A stretch of DNA of 64,000 nucleotides from an uncultured Verrucomicrobiae bacterium (GCA_963756875.1 CAVWPA010000003.1:192001-256000); one strand, 5' to 3'; positions 19,884-29,077 are shown, counted from the first letter of the stretch. Numbers and translations are program-made. The notes: generated by a model from the sequence alone, not told the origin.

Positions 19884-19981
19884 CGGCGCTCTGCCCGTCC
19901 GGCCGTAGCCATCGCGAAGGCGGATGAGCGTCGCATTCTTTGGTCCCAACAATTTGCGACGGTCATAGACCGCCGCTACAG
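19878..19981. repeat. GTAG-type REPIN-like element with nested insert
   Basis: Terminal IR CTGTAGCGGCG/CGCCGCTACAG; second copy at 31382-31552. Confidence 0.85.
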
Positions 19982-19988
19982 CAGGAAA

Positions 19989-21224
19989 ATGATTGTTCGC
20001 GCGCGCGTTGTGGTCACGATGGATGGGCCGCCGATTAAAAATGGCGCGGTGGCGATCTCGGGGAATCGAATTGTCAATGTTGGAACGTTCCCGGAAATCA
20101 AAGCGCGGCATTCCGGGGAAGAGATTCTCGATCTGGGCGAGCAGATGCTGCTGCCGGGATTGATCAACGCGCACTGTCATCTCGATTACACCTGTTTGCG
20201 CGGCAGGATCCCATTGCCAAAATCGTTCGCCGATTGGGTACGCGCCATCAATTCAGAGAAGGCGGGGCTTTCGGGAGAAGACTACGTCGCCTCGATCAAC
20301 GCAGGCTTTGCCGAGGCGAAACGCTTTGGAAGCACGACGGTGGCAAACCTGACGGCGTTTCCGGAACTGGCAGCAAAAGTTCGCGCGCCGATCCGGACCT
20401 GGTGGTTCGCAGAATTGATCGATGTGCGGAATCCCGAACGCCCAAATGAGATCGTCGATCTTGCACTCGAGTCTTTAAAAATCGCCGAGCGCCGGGGACT
20501 TGCGCCGCATGCGCTGTTCACCGCTTCGTCAAATCTGTTTCGGCGCTGCGAAGAAGTTGCCCGCGAGAAAAATGTTTTGCTGACCACGCACCTCGCGGAA
20601 TCACGCGAAGAGATGTCTATGTTTCGCGATGCAGCGGGACCGCTTTACGAATTCCTGAAGGGAATCGGGCGGGATATGAGCGACTGTGGTCATGGAACCC
20701 CACTCAAAGAATTCGTCGGACGCCTTCGCCACGGCGAATCTTTGATCGGAGAGACGTCCCTACCTGGTAATTGGATTGTCGCGCATCTAAACGAGCTTGC
20801 GGAAAGCGATTTCGATTTGCTGGCACGATCTTCGGCCAAATTTCACATCGTGCATTGCCCTCGCAGCCATGAATATTTCGGTCATTCCCGGTTTCAGTTC
20901 GAAGGATTGCGGCAGCTTGGATTCAACATTTGTCTGGGGACCGACAGCCTCGCGAGTAACGACGACCTGAGTTTGTTCGCCGAGATGCGCGCGTTCCAAC
21001 AAGCGTTTCCAGGCGTTTCACCCGAAGAGATTTTCAAAATGGTCACGGCAAACTCCGCGTATGCGCTGGGACAAGAAAATACGCTGGGCAAAATTCGCCC
21101 CGGATTTTGTGCCGACTTGATCGCGATCCCGTGCGCGGGAGCAGCCGCGCCGAATCACGTTTTTGAGGAAATCCTGGCATTCGACCGGCCCGTCGACTGG
21201 ATGCTCGCCGACGGGCACGAATGA
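19989..21224 (+). CDS. Metal-dependent amidohydrolase (deaminase-like)
   Basis: PGLINAHCH, APHALF, HLAES, LGTDS. Confidence 0.9.
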   Translation: MIVRARVVVTMDGPPIKNGAVAISGNRIVNVGTFPEIKARHSGEEILDLGEQMLLPGLINAHCHLDYTCLRGRIPLPKSFADWVRAINSEKAGLSGEDYVASINAGFAEAKRFGSTTVANLTAFPELAAKVRAPIRTWWFAELIDVRNPERPNEIVDLALESLKIAERRGLAPHALFTASSNLFRRCEEVAREKNVLLTTHLAESREEMSMFRDAAGPLYEFLKGIGRDMSDCGHGTPLKEFVGRLRHGESLIGETSLPGNWIVAHLNELAESDFDLLARSSAKFHIVHCPRSHEYFGHSRFQFEGLRQLGFNICLGTDSLASNDDLSLFAEMRAFQQAFPGVSPEEIFKMVTANSAYALGQENTLGKIRPGFCADLIAIPCAGAAAPNHVFEEILAFDRPVDWMLADGHE

Positions 21225-21369
21225 TTCGCACCAAAGAGAACCTGCCAAAAGACGCCAGAAACGCGAAAGATTCAGGGCCGGAAGTCAGGAGGGCAAAACG
21301 GCCATTTGAGAATTTCTCATTTCCGCTTTCTTTTTCTCAAAAGTGAAATATTCTCCGCGCTGAGATTTC

Positions 21370-22737
21370 ATGGCGAAAATAGTAATTATCGATGACGAGC
21401 CGGCCATGGTGGAGGTGATCGTGACGCTTTGTCGCGAGAAGGGACACCAGGTTTTTCCTTTCAATTCCGCGCCGAAAGCAGTCGAGCAGCTCGATGGCAT
21501 CGCGCCACAAGTAGTAGTCGCCGATATCAAGATGGAGACGATGACCGGGTTCGATGTTTTGCGGCACGTGCGGGAGCATCACCGGCAGACAGCGGTGATT
21601 TTGATCACGGCCTACGGCTCGGTGGAGACGGCGGTCGAGGCGATGAAGATGGGCGCCTACGATTATGTGACCAAGCCGTTCAAGATCGACGAGCTGCAAC
21701 TGACGATACAGCGCGCGCTCGATTATCAGGCAGCGCTGCGTGAGAACGTTTATCTCCGCAAGGAACTCAAGAACCGCTACCGCTTCGAGAATATCATCGG
21801 GACGAGCGCGACCATGCAGAACGTTTACAATTTGATCAACAAGGTCGCGGACACGGATAGCACCGTGCTTATCGTCGGCGAAAGCGGCACAGGCAAGGAG
21901 CTCGTCGCGCGCGGCCTGCATTTCAACAGCAACCGCCAGCATCATCCGTTCGTCGCCATCAATTGCAGCGCGTTGCCCGAGAATTTGCTCGAGTCGGAGT
22001 TATTCGGTCACAAAAAAGGCGCCTTCACTGGAGCGGTCGCGGACAAGCGCGGTCTGTTCGAGGAAGCAAATCTCGGAACGATCTTTCTCGACGAAGTCAA
22101 TTCGATGGCGCCGCCGTTGCAGACCAAGCTGCTGCGCGTTCTCCAGGAGCGCGAGGTGCGGCGCGTGGGTGACAACAAAAGTTCGCCCGTGAACGTGCGG
22201 GTCGTGGGCGCGACGAACGAGCCCCTGGTGCCCAAACTCAAGGATGGCACGTTTCGCGAAGACCTTTATTACCGGCTCGCGGTCATCCCGATTGAGATCC
22301 CGCCGTTGCGCGAGCGTCTCGAAGACGTGCCGCTGCTGGTAAATCACTTCCTGCAAAAACAAGCCAGTGCGAGTGGGGGGGAGCCAAAAAAGATCGATCC
22401 GCAGGGGGTGGATATTCTGTGTCACTACGATTATCCCGGAAATGTGCGAGAGCTCGAGAACGCGATCGAGCGCGCATGTGCCTTGTGCGAAGACAACATG
22501 ATTTTGCCGAGCGATTTGCCGCCGCACATCGTGGCCGCAGCGAAGGGCGAGAAGGCCGATCATGTGAAAGCGGCGATGCCGGTGGGAGAGACACTCGATG
22601 ACTTCATCCAGCAACAGGAACGCAGCTACATCGAGGCGACTCTCAAGCAATGCGGTGGCTCGCGCGAAAAAGCGGCGAGCATGCTCGGTATCAGCATGGC
22701 CACGCTTTATCGCAAAGTAGAGCCAAAGAAGAAGTAA
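21370..22737 (+). CDS. Sigma54-dependent response regulator (NtrC family)
   Basis: REC domain, GESGTGKE, ESELFGH, GAFTGA, FREDLYYRL, Fis-type HTH. Confidence 0.95.
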   Translation: MAKIVIIDDEPAMVEVIVTLCREKGHQVFPFNSAPKAVEQLDGIAPQVVVADIKMETMTGFDVLRHVREHHRQTAVILITAYGSVETAVEAMKMGAYDYVTKPFKIDELQLTIQRALDYQAALRENVYLRKELKNRYRFENIIGTSATMQNVYNLINKVADTDSTVLIVGESGTGKELVARGLHFNSNRQHHPFVAINCSALPENLLESELFGHKKGAFTGAVADKRGLFEEANLGTIFLDEVNSMAPPLQTKLLRVLQEREVRRVGDNKSSPVNVRVVGATNEPLVPKLKDGTFREDLYYRLAVIPIEIPPLRERLEDVPLLVNHFLQKQASASGGEPKKIDPQGVDILCHYDYPGNVRELENAIERACALCEDNMILPSDLPPHIVAAAKGEKADHVKAAMPVGETLDDFIQQQERSYIEATLKQCGGSREKAASMLGISMATLYRKVEPKKK

Positions 22738-22760
22738 CGCCTGCGGCGAGCGCCGCCGGA

Positions 22761-22818
22761 AGTTCCAAATCCCAAACTCCAAGCACCAGGGAATATTCGA
22801 TCACGAGATTCCAAAACC
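22761..22818. repeat. Half copy of the TCCAAA/TTGGA heptamer-arm repeat family
   Basis: AGTTCCAAATCCCAAACTCCAAGCACCAGGGAA; full copies at 44554-44678 and 55793-55930. Confidence 0.65.
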
Positions 22819-22879
22819 GGTGGGAACTCTCAACTAAAGGCGGCTTGCTGGCCGTTCTAAGAACTCTCAACTTATCGGA

Positions 22880-23653
22880 ATGAAGCCCTCGCACAAAAAG
22901 TCTCCCAGCACGCGCGAAATGGAGCGGATCAACTGGCTGGAGTTTCGCGAATGGGTGCCGGCAAAAATTGATACCGTTCTCCTGCCGCTGGGAACACTGG
23001 AGGCCCACGGCGTGACCGCGAATGGCACCGACATCATCGCTCCCGTCGCCATGGCGCGCGAAATCGCGCCGCGCGTGAACGCGATGATCGCGCCGGTCAT
23101 TCCCTACGGCTTCACCGGTATCCTGGATGCGTATCCCGGCGGGTTCACCATTCCCGAAGCGACTTATCGTGCTTATACGCGAGCGGTTTTGGCCGGTCTC
23201 GCGAAGAACAAGTTCAAAAACATCATCATGTTAAACGGACACGGCGGCGGCCAAACAGCGATCCTGAGCGCGCTGGCGCAGGAAGTGGGACGCGAAACCG
23301 GAACGCGCGTTCTTGCCGTAAACTGGTGGTCGTATTGCAGCGATATCTGCCAGGAAGTTTTCGATGAGGATGGCGGCCACGCCGGCAACACCGAGACCGC
23401 GTACATGCTGGCAGTCGATCCGGCGCTCGTGAATGAAAAACGGTACACCGGGCCGGAAATGGCCACCGCGATTCCGGCGCCAAATACCTGGAACGCCTAT
23501 CCGTTTCCGTCGAGCATCATCCTTTACAAGGAGGGCCAGGGATATCCGAAGTTCGATCTCGCCAAAGCGAAGGTCTATTTCAAGAAAGTAAACGACAAGA
23601 TGGCGCGCCTGATTGGTGACACCATCGAGAAATGGGACCTGGCAGAATTGTGA
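22880..23653 (+). CDS. Creatininase family protein
   Basis: LPLGTLEAHG, GTD, NGHGG, GHAGNTET. Confidence 0.9.
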   Translation: MKPSHKKSPSTREMERINWLEFREWVPAKIDTVLLPLGTLEAHGVTANGTDIIAPVAMAREIAPRVNAMIAPVIPYGFTGILDAYPGGFTIPEATYRAYTRAVLAGLAKNKFKNIIMLNGHGGGQTAILSALAQEVGRETGTRVLAVNWWSYCSDICQEVFDEDGGHAGNTETAYMLAVDPALVNEKRYTGPEMATAIPAPNTWNAYPFPSSIILYKEGQGYPKFDLAKAKVYFKKVNDKMARLIGDTIEKWDLAEL

Positions 23654-23656
23654 AAA

Positions 23657-23772
23657 TGGAGGGACGACCTCCGCCTGCCGAGCCGTAGCCTTGGCGAAGG
23701 CTGGTGTCGTCCCAAGAATTAATGGGACGCGACTCCGAAAGCGTTCGCGAGCGGGCGGCGCGCATCCCTCCA
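23657..23772. repeat. GGAG-type palindromic element carrying two nested inserts
   Basis: TGGAGGG...CCCTCCA termini; insert-free relative at 37693-37752. Confidence 0.85.
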
Positions 23773-23782
23773 ATAAAATCTT

Positions 23783-24082
23783 TTAACCGCGCTTGCTGAA
23801 GATCTTCAGCTGCTCGGCCGCCTGCCTCAGCTCGTCGAGCTGTTGCAAAGTTGCTTCCTGTTTTTTCAACAGCTCTGCATTGGCCGCTTTCATTTGCTCG
23901 AGCAACTCAATGGCGGCCTGAAGGGAAGTCGGATCTTGTGCCGGTGATGGGGTAGCCTTTTCCGCAACCGGCGCGCTGGAAGCAGCCTCAACCACGACCG
24001 GAGCCGGCGATTGTGCACGACCCACGTTAGGCGCAAGGAACAACGCCATGGCAAGTAAAAGAAATTTCGACGCGCGCATCAT
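23783..24082 (-). CDS. Small exported coiled-coil protein ending KIFSKRG
   Basis: Signal-peptide-like N-terminus, heptad L/Q pattern, AGGAG SD, ATGA overlap with the upstream gene. Confidence 0.7.
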   Translation of the reverse strand: MMRASKFLLLAMALFLAPNVGRAQSPAPVVVEAASSAPVAEKATPSPAQDPTSLQAAIELLEQMKAANAELLKKQEATLQQLDELRQAAEQLKIFSKRG

Positions 24083-24309
24083 CGGCTCCTTTTCGAAAAG
24101 ATTCGCGCCTCATTAATGGTTCCCGCCAGGTCGGCGAGTTTGCTGTCGATCTTGGCCTGGTTGGCAATGAGTTGCGCTTGTTGCGTCTGCACTTCCTTCA
24201 GGAGCGCGAGCAGTTGCTGTTGGTCCCCCGCGGCCGGCGTCTGGGCGACACTGGAAGAGACAACAAGCAGGGTCACGGACAGCAGAATCGAAAAGGCAAT
24301 TCGTCTCAT
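24079..24309 (-). CDS. Small exported coiled-coil protein ending RIFSKRSR
   Basis: MRRIAFSILLSVTLLVVSSSVAQ signal peptide; coiled coil. Confidence 0.7.
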   Translation of the reverse strand: MRRIAFSILLSVTLLVVSSSVAQTPAAGDQQQLLALLKEVQTQQAQLIANQAKIDSKLADLAGTINEARIFSKRSR

Positions 24310-24477
24310 TTGCGGATGGATCAATCGGTAGCAAGTCGCGTTCCGCCATCGCCTGCTAAGCCTGGTTACTCTCGCGGGGAAGGGAACCGATTCTTGATGG
24401 CTTCCAAAACAAATCTCTCCCTTATCCGCCTGACGAGCTTGAAATCCGTGTCGGATCGCGGTTCATCGACGACTGAC

Positions 24478-24562
24478 AGGGCACGCGGCTGCACACGCGG
24501 CGCTGTGCGCCGTCCGAGACGTCTCCAGGTGATGCGAACGCCCCACAGGGACGTGGCTACAA
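24478..24562. repeat. GTAGCCACG-type REP-like element
   Basis: ..GAACGCCCCACAGGGACGTGGCTACA; related arm CACGGCGACAGAGCGCCGTGGCTACAG at 44099-44125. Confidence 0.65.
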
Positions 24563-24634
24563 TATCCTTGTTCCCGCTTGAGCATTAAGCGTTTAGCGCT
24601 TTCAGTGCTTTATCGGCCGCCTGGTCGATAATTG

Positions 24635-25345
24635 ATGCTCTCATTCATCGTTCCAGCTTATAATGAAGAGTTGGAGCTCCCAGCAACGATCGCCGCCGTT
24701 CACGCTGCCGCTGAAAGCGCACACCGCCCCTACGAGATCCTCGTGGTAGATGACGCTTCCACGGATGCCACCGCCGAAGTTGCGACAGATTGCGGCGCGC
24801 AGGTGGTATCGATCAATCGCCGGCAAATTGCCGCGTCGCGTAACGCCGGCGCGCGCGTTGCCCGCGGCGACGTTCTCTTCTTCGTCGATGCCGACACGCG
24901 CATCGCGCCGAGCCATGTTGCTGGCGCAATCGCATTGTTGAAAGGAGGCTGCGCAGGTGGTGGCGCGCGGGTCGCCGTTGGCGGCACAATCCCACTCTGG
25001 GCGCGAATATTCACCAAGGTGTTCTGCACGATTTATTTCGGCCTGAACCTCGGGGCCGGCGCCTTTCTTTTCACGACCCGCGAAAACTTCGAGGCGATCG
25101 GCGGATTCGATGAGACGCTTTTTATCGGGGAAGAAATTTACTTCAGTCGAGCGTTGAAAACGCTTGGACGATTCAAAATTTTACGCGAACCGATCGTTAC
25201 CTCCGGCCGGAAACTGCGAATGTATTCGGCGCGAGAGATCCTTTCGCGCTCCTTTGCCATTATTATTCGCGGAACACGCGGCGCCCGCTCGCGTGATAAC
25301 CTCGATCTTTGGTACAACGGCAAACGCGAGGACCGGGCCGTCTGA
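24635..25345 (+). CDS. Glycosyltransferase family 2
   Basis: SFIVPAYNEE, VVDDASTD, RNAGA, FFVDAD, GGFDE. Confidence 0.92.
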   Translation: MLSFIVPAYNEELELPATIAAVHAAAESAHRPYEILVVDDASTDATAEVATDCGAQVVSINRRQIAASRNAGARVARGDVLFFVDADTRIAPSHVAGAIALLKGGCAGGGARVAVGGTIPLWARIFTKVFCTIYFGLNLGAGAFLFTTRENFEAIGGFDETLFIGEEIYFSRALKTLGRFKILREPIVTSGRKLRMYSAREILSRSFAIIIRGTRGARSRDNLDLWYNGKREDRAV

Positions 25346-25375
25346 ATCTGAATTGAGGTTGAAGCCCGACATCCG

Positions 25376-25810
25376 GTGATCCGTATTGCGATCAAGAAGT
25401 TTTGCGCGGGAGTCGCTCACGGCTTGTCGTGCTGCGCGCGAGACGTCTGGAACATGCTTCGGCCGGTCGCCGGGGTCTTTCTCTGGTCGCGCGCCGCAAT
25501 CTGGGCGGTAGCGCCGTTCGCCCTGCTCGCGTTTGAGCCGAACCGATCGCTCTCGCCGGTTGCTCTTCGCTCGATAAATCCGGCGCTGACGCACGACCTG
25601 GGGTACTGGACGGATGTCTGGGCCCACTGGGACAGTGTCTGGTTCCTCCAGATCGCGCACAGTGGATAACGCTGGCGTCGTTCGCGCTGCTCTACCGAAT
25701 CGCAGAGGAACTGATCGGCCAGGAAGGTGCGCACCGGGCCGTCGTCTGCCTGGCCATTTCCCCCATGGCAGAGTTTTTTTGCGGCGCTTTTGCTTCAGTG
25801 AGCTAGCCTG
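25376..25810 (+). pseudogene. Internally deleted remnant of a PIG-V-like GT-C mannosyltransferase
   Basis: ..VWAHWDSVWFLQIAHSG then stop; another frame continues LASFALLYRIAEELIGQEGAHRAVVCLAISPMA. Confidence 0.65.
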
Positions 25811-25817
25811 ACTTCGT

Positions 25818-26714
25818 GTGAACCTCTTCGTCCAGGGAATGCGCCGGTCAGGAACGACGATTCTCTACAACGCTCTGCAGGCCGACCCACGTCTCAATTG
25901 CTTCTACGAACCGCTGCGGGAAGAGAACGTGTCTGAGGGTGGTGGAAGCGGGGCCCGCGAGGGCGATGCGTTCGCCGAGACGCGCGCGCTGCGAACCGCG
26001 TTTCGCGACGCGCATTACCCGGACCTCCCGATCGAGGAGTTCAATTGGGGCGGCCCTCGCAATCCACCGCTCGAACTGGAGGCCAGGCTGCCGGCTCACT
26101 GTCGCGAGTTCCTCGCCTCACTGTTGGAACGGTCGCCGACAGCAATCAAGGAAACACGCCTCTGGTCGAAGGTGCCCGTTCTGGCCGGGCTCGATCCTCA
26201 GACAGCGTTTATCCACGTGGTACGCGACCCGCGCGCCGTCGTTGCCTCGATCATCCTCGGGCGCGGCCAGCGCCGCCGCGAAGAGTTCCCCACCGCCGAT
26301 AGCTTCTTCGCGGATCGAAAGAATCGTAAGCTTTGGTCCAGCCGCTCGATCTCAAGCGAGCTGATCCGCACCGAGGGCCTCGACGTGAAGGACCCATCCA
26401 ATGTCGAGCGCGTCCTGATCGTCTGGCGGGCAACCTTCGAGCGGACGCGGCGCGACGGCCTGGCCCACTTCCATAACCGTTACGTGCTGGTTCGCAACGA
26501 GGACTTGCGCGCCGATCCGGCCGCCGCGCTCGGCGCCGTCTATGCGGTGCTTGGGCGCGAGGTCCCGGACGAGGTAAATGTGTGGGCCGCGGCGAACGTG
26601 AACCCTCCCTCGGAACCCTATGAGGCGAACGACCCCCGCTGGCTTAAGGCACTCGAAACCGCGCGCGCCGTCCACGCGGTAAAGGATGCCGGCTACATGG
26701 ATCGTTATCTATAG
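25818..26714 (+). CDS. PAPS-dependent sulfotransferase family protein
   Basis: 5'-PSB loop GMRRSGTT, YEP, 3'-PB VRDPRAVVAS, RNEDL. Confidence 0.88.
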   Translation: MNLFVQGMRRSGTTILYNALQADPRLNCFYEPLREENVSEGGGSGAREGDAFAETRALRTAFRDAHYPDLPIEEFNWGGPRNPPLELEARLPAHCREFLASLLERSPTAIKETRLWSKVPVLAGLDPQTAFIHVVRDPRAVVASIILGRGQRRREEFPTADSFFADRKNRKLWSSRSISSELIRTEGLDVKDPSNVERVLIVWRATFERTRRDGLAHFHNRYVLVRNEDLRADPAAALGAVYAVLGREVPDEVNVWAAANVNPPSEPYEANDPRWLKALETARAVHAVKDAGYMDRYL

Positions 26715-26716
26715 CC

Positions 26717-26805
26717 GGTAAGGGACATCTCTCCGATCAAAGATTCGCCGTCGCGAAGATGTCCGACGAATGCCAAATCCGCACCGACAGGCGTCTCGCC
26801 CACAC
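26717..26805. repeat. GTAGGGAC-type element with 21-bp nested insert
   Basis: Near-identical to the reverse complement of 20712-20764; insert-free version at 45931-45962. Confidence 0.85.
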
Positions 26806-26934
26806 TATCTTCCCGCTTGAGCCCGATGCGTTTCGCGTTTTCAGTGCGTCGCCGGCTGTGTGAGCCTCGCTTGATCGGGTCCTTCAACTGATGCCGATCT
26901 CTTGTTATAATGGTAATCGCGAGACAAAATCGAC

Positions 26935-27364
26935 ATGAGCGCGCCACAGATTGCCATCGCCACCACGCCTGAGGAAATTCGGCGTTGTCATCCGGTCATG
27001 CGCGAATTGCGCTCCCATCTCTCCGACCCGGAAAGATTTGTCGAGCGTGTTCAACGGCAACAAAAGGAAGGGTACTTGCTCGCCTTTCTGGAAACTGATG
27101 ACGAAATCCGCGCGGTAGCGGGTTATCGGTTTCTTGAATCGCTCTTTTCCGGAAAGTTTCTTTACGTGGACGATCTGGTCACGCGCGAAAGCGACCGCTC
27201 ACGAGGCTTTGGCGCCCAATTGTTCGATTGGCTGGTGGAACAGGGGCGAAAACAGGGCTGCGAAAATCTCGAGCTGGATTCCGGCGTGCAGCGATTCGGC
27301 GCGCACCGTTTTATCTCGTCAAGCGCATGAAAATTTCCTCCTATCATTTCGGATTAAATTGTGA
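26935..27364 (+). CDS. GNAT N-acetyltransferase with apparent C-terminal frameshifts
   Basis: LYVDDLVT..RSRGFG..LELDSGVQRFGAHRF; the expected YLVKRMKISSYHF lies in another frame. Confidence 0.85.
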
Positions 27365-27442
27365 GGGCCGTCTGAGCCGATCCGAAAAGATTGGCAAACG
27401 TATCCGTGAAATCCGCGTAATCCGCGGTTATGGAAAGAGCTT

Positions 27443-27784
27443 ATGAAAAACGAAAATCCCTGGATTGAAATTTGCCCCGGCATCAAACGCCGAACGATGG
27501 CCAACGGGCGCACCATGTATCAAATGGTGGCCGAGTTGGACGCCGGCAGCAAAATGCCGGAGCACCAGCATCCGCAGGAACAAATCGTCCACATTCTCAA
27601 GGGCCGGATGAAGTTAATCGTCAATGGCAAGCCGCACGAGCTTGCGACCGGCGATTCGTTTTACCTGGACAGCCACGTCCCGCACGGCGTGGAGACGCTC
27701 GAAGAAACACGCGTCCTGGACACATTCAGTCCGCCGCGCAACGAATATCTCGCCATCGACGAAGCCAATCGCCAGCGGAAATGA
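27443..27784 (+). CDS. Cupin domain protein
   Basis: PEHQHPQEQ, HVPHGV, DTFSPPR. Confidence 0.9.
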   Translation: MKNENPWIEICPGIKRRTMANGRTMYQMVAELDAGSKMPEHQHPQEQIVHILKGRMKLIVNGKPHELATGDSFYLDSHVPHGVETLEETRVLDTFSPPRNEYLAIDEANRQRK

Positions 27785-27926
27785 TAATCATGACGACAGG
27801 CGCGGGCCGGCTTTCCAGCTTGTAACTGGCAATTGACCAACACTACCCTGCCGGAAAATCGCCTTATAAAACGCTCGCTTTCCAATTCGCGCCAATGTTA
27901 GGCTCCGCGCCTAACCCAAACACAAC

Positions 27927-28178
27927 ATGTTACACATTATCTGGTCGATCATCATCGGTTTCATCGTCGGTTGGCTTGCTAAAACCATCATGGGCTTTCA
28001 TATGGCCCTCTGGCTGACAGCGGTCCTGGGCATCGGTGGCTCAATCGTCGGCGGTTTGATTGCACGGTTGTTTTCCAAGCCCGCACCCGGTTCGGCTTTT
28101 CATCCGGCTGGGTTGATCCTGTCGATCATCGGCGCGATCATTCTGCTCTGGGTTTGGGGGACGTTTGTGCACGTCTAA
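27927..28178 (+). CDS. GlsB/YeaQ/YmgE family membrane protein
   Basis: IIGFIVGWLA..LGIGGSIVGG..SIIGAIILL. Confidence 0.88.
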   Translation: MLHIIWSIIIGFIVGWLAKTIMGFHMALWLTAVLGIGGSIVGGLIARLFSKPAPGSAFHPAGLILSIIGAIILLWVWGTFVHV

Positions 28179-28181
28179 CCG

Positions 28182-28616
28182 GTGAAAACGCGCGACTTCT
28201 GCAGCGATTCGGAAGTCGCCGCATTGGTCGAGGCATTCGAGGCGGCGATGATTCCCGCCGCCGAGTTCACCCACGCCGCGCACGTTGCCGTGGCGCTGGC
28301 ATATCTGGAAGAACTGCCGCTGAGTCACGCGCTCGAACGAATGCGTGAAAAGATTCGCGCGTTCGCCGCTCACCACGGCGCCAATGGGCTTTATCACGAA
28401 ACCCTCACCACGTTCTGGATGCGGCTCCTCGATCACATCGCGGCCACTTATCGGGATGATTCATTGCGCCTTCCACTGTGGCGCCGGATCAATCTGATTG
28501 TTGGAAACTGGGGCAACCGGCGCCCGGTCGAGCAACACTATTCACCCGGACTGATTGCCTCTCAGGCTGCGCGCGAGACGTGGGTCTCCCCGGACCGTTT
28601 GCCGATTCCATTTTAA
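28182..28616 (+). CDS. Conserved hypothetical protein
   Basis: His-rich pattern [23 protein letters not shown]; fills the gap in the co-oriented run. Confidence 0.7.
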   Translation: MKTRDFCSDSEVAALVEAFEAAMIPAAEFTHAAHVAVALAYLEELPLSHALERMREKIRAFAAHHGANGLYHETLTTFWMRLLDHIAATYRDDSLRLPLWRRINLIVGNWGNRRPVEQHYSPGLIASQAARETWVSPDRLPIPF

Positions 28617-28725
28617 CAGCAGCCTGGCATCGCTGATGCCGGCCTCGCCATTCCAGACGAGATCGGGGCCGCACCTTCCCGGCACTTGCGAACACCGGTT
28701 ATTCGTCTACACTAGCGGCCTCGAA

Positions 28726-28989
28726 ATGGCAGAGAACACGGAAACGCTGGACATCAAGCAGTTCCAGTTGCATGCAAAGGACACCGGCAGTGCCGACGTT
28801 CAAGTCGCCCTGCTGACGCGCCGGATCGCGCAGCTGACCGAACACTTGAAGAGCCACGCCAAAGACCACTCCTCGCGCCGCGGCCTTCTTAAAATGGTCG
28901 CTCAGCGCCGGAGCTTGCTCGATTATTTGAGCCGGTCGCAAGCCGATCGCTATAAAAAGCTGATCGACAAGTTGAGCCTGCGGAAGTAA
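28726..28989 (+). CDS. rpsO: 30S ribosomal protein S15
   Basis: [26 protein letters not shown]. Confidence 0.97.
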   Translation: MAENTETLDIKQFQLHAKDTGSADVQVALLTRRIAQLTEHLKSHAKDHSSRRGLLKMVAQRRSLLDYLSRSQADRYKKLIDKLSLRK

Positions 28990-29022
28990 CGCAGCGGTCC
29001 CCCGACTGCGGGATTTTTGTTT
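28990..29022 (+). terminator. Possible intrinsic terminator after rpsO
   Basis: Imperfect stem CGCAGCGG/CCGACTGCG followed by TTTTTGTTT. Confidence 0.35.
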
Positions 29023-29077
29023 GGCTCCGCGTTTTGGTCCTAAGCCAGATCGAAAAACAACAAGAATAACGCGAAGG

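Noticed and set aside
26705..26947. 80-aa minus-strand ORF resembling part of the amidohydrolase (GESLIGE)
   Set aside because: The similarity comes from the shared repeat element, not from a real gene
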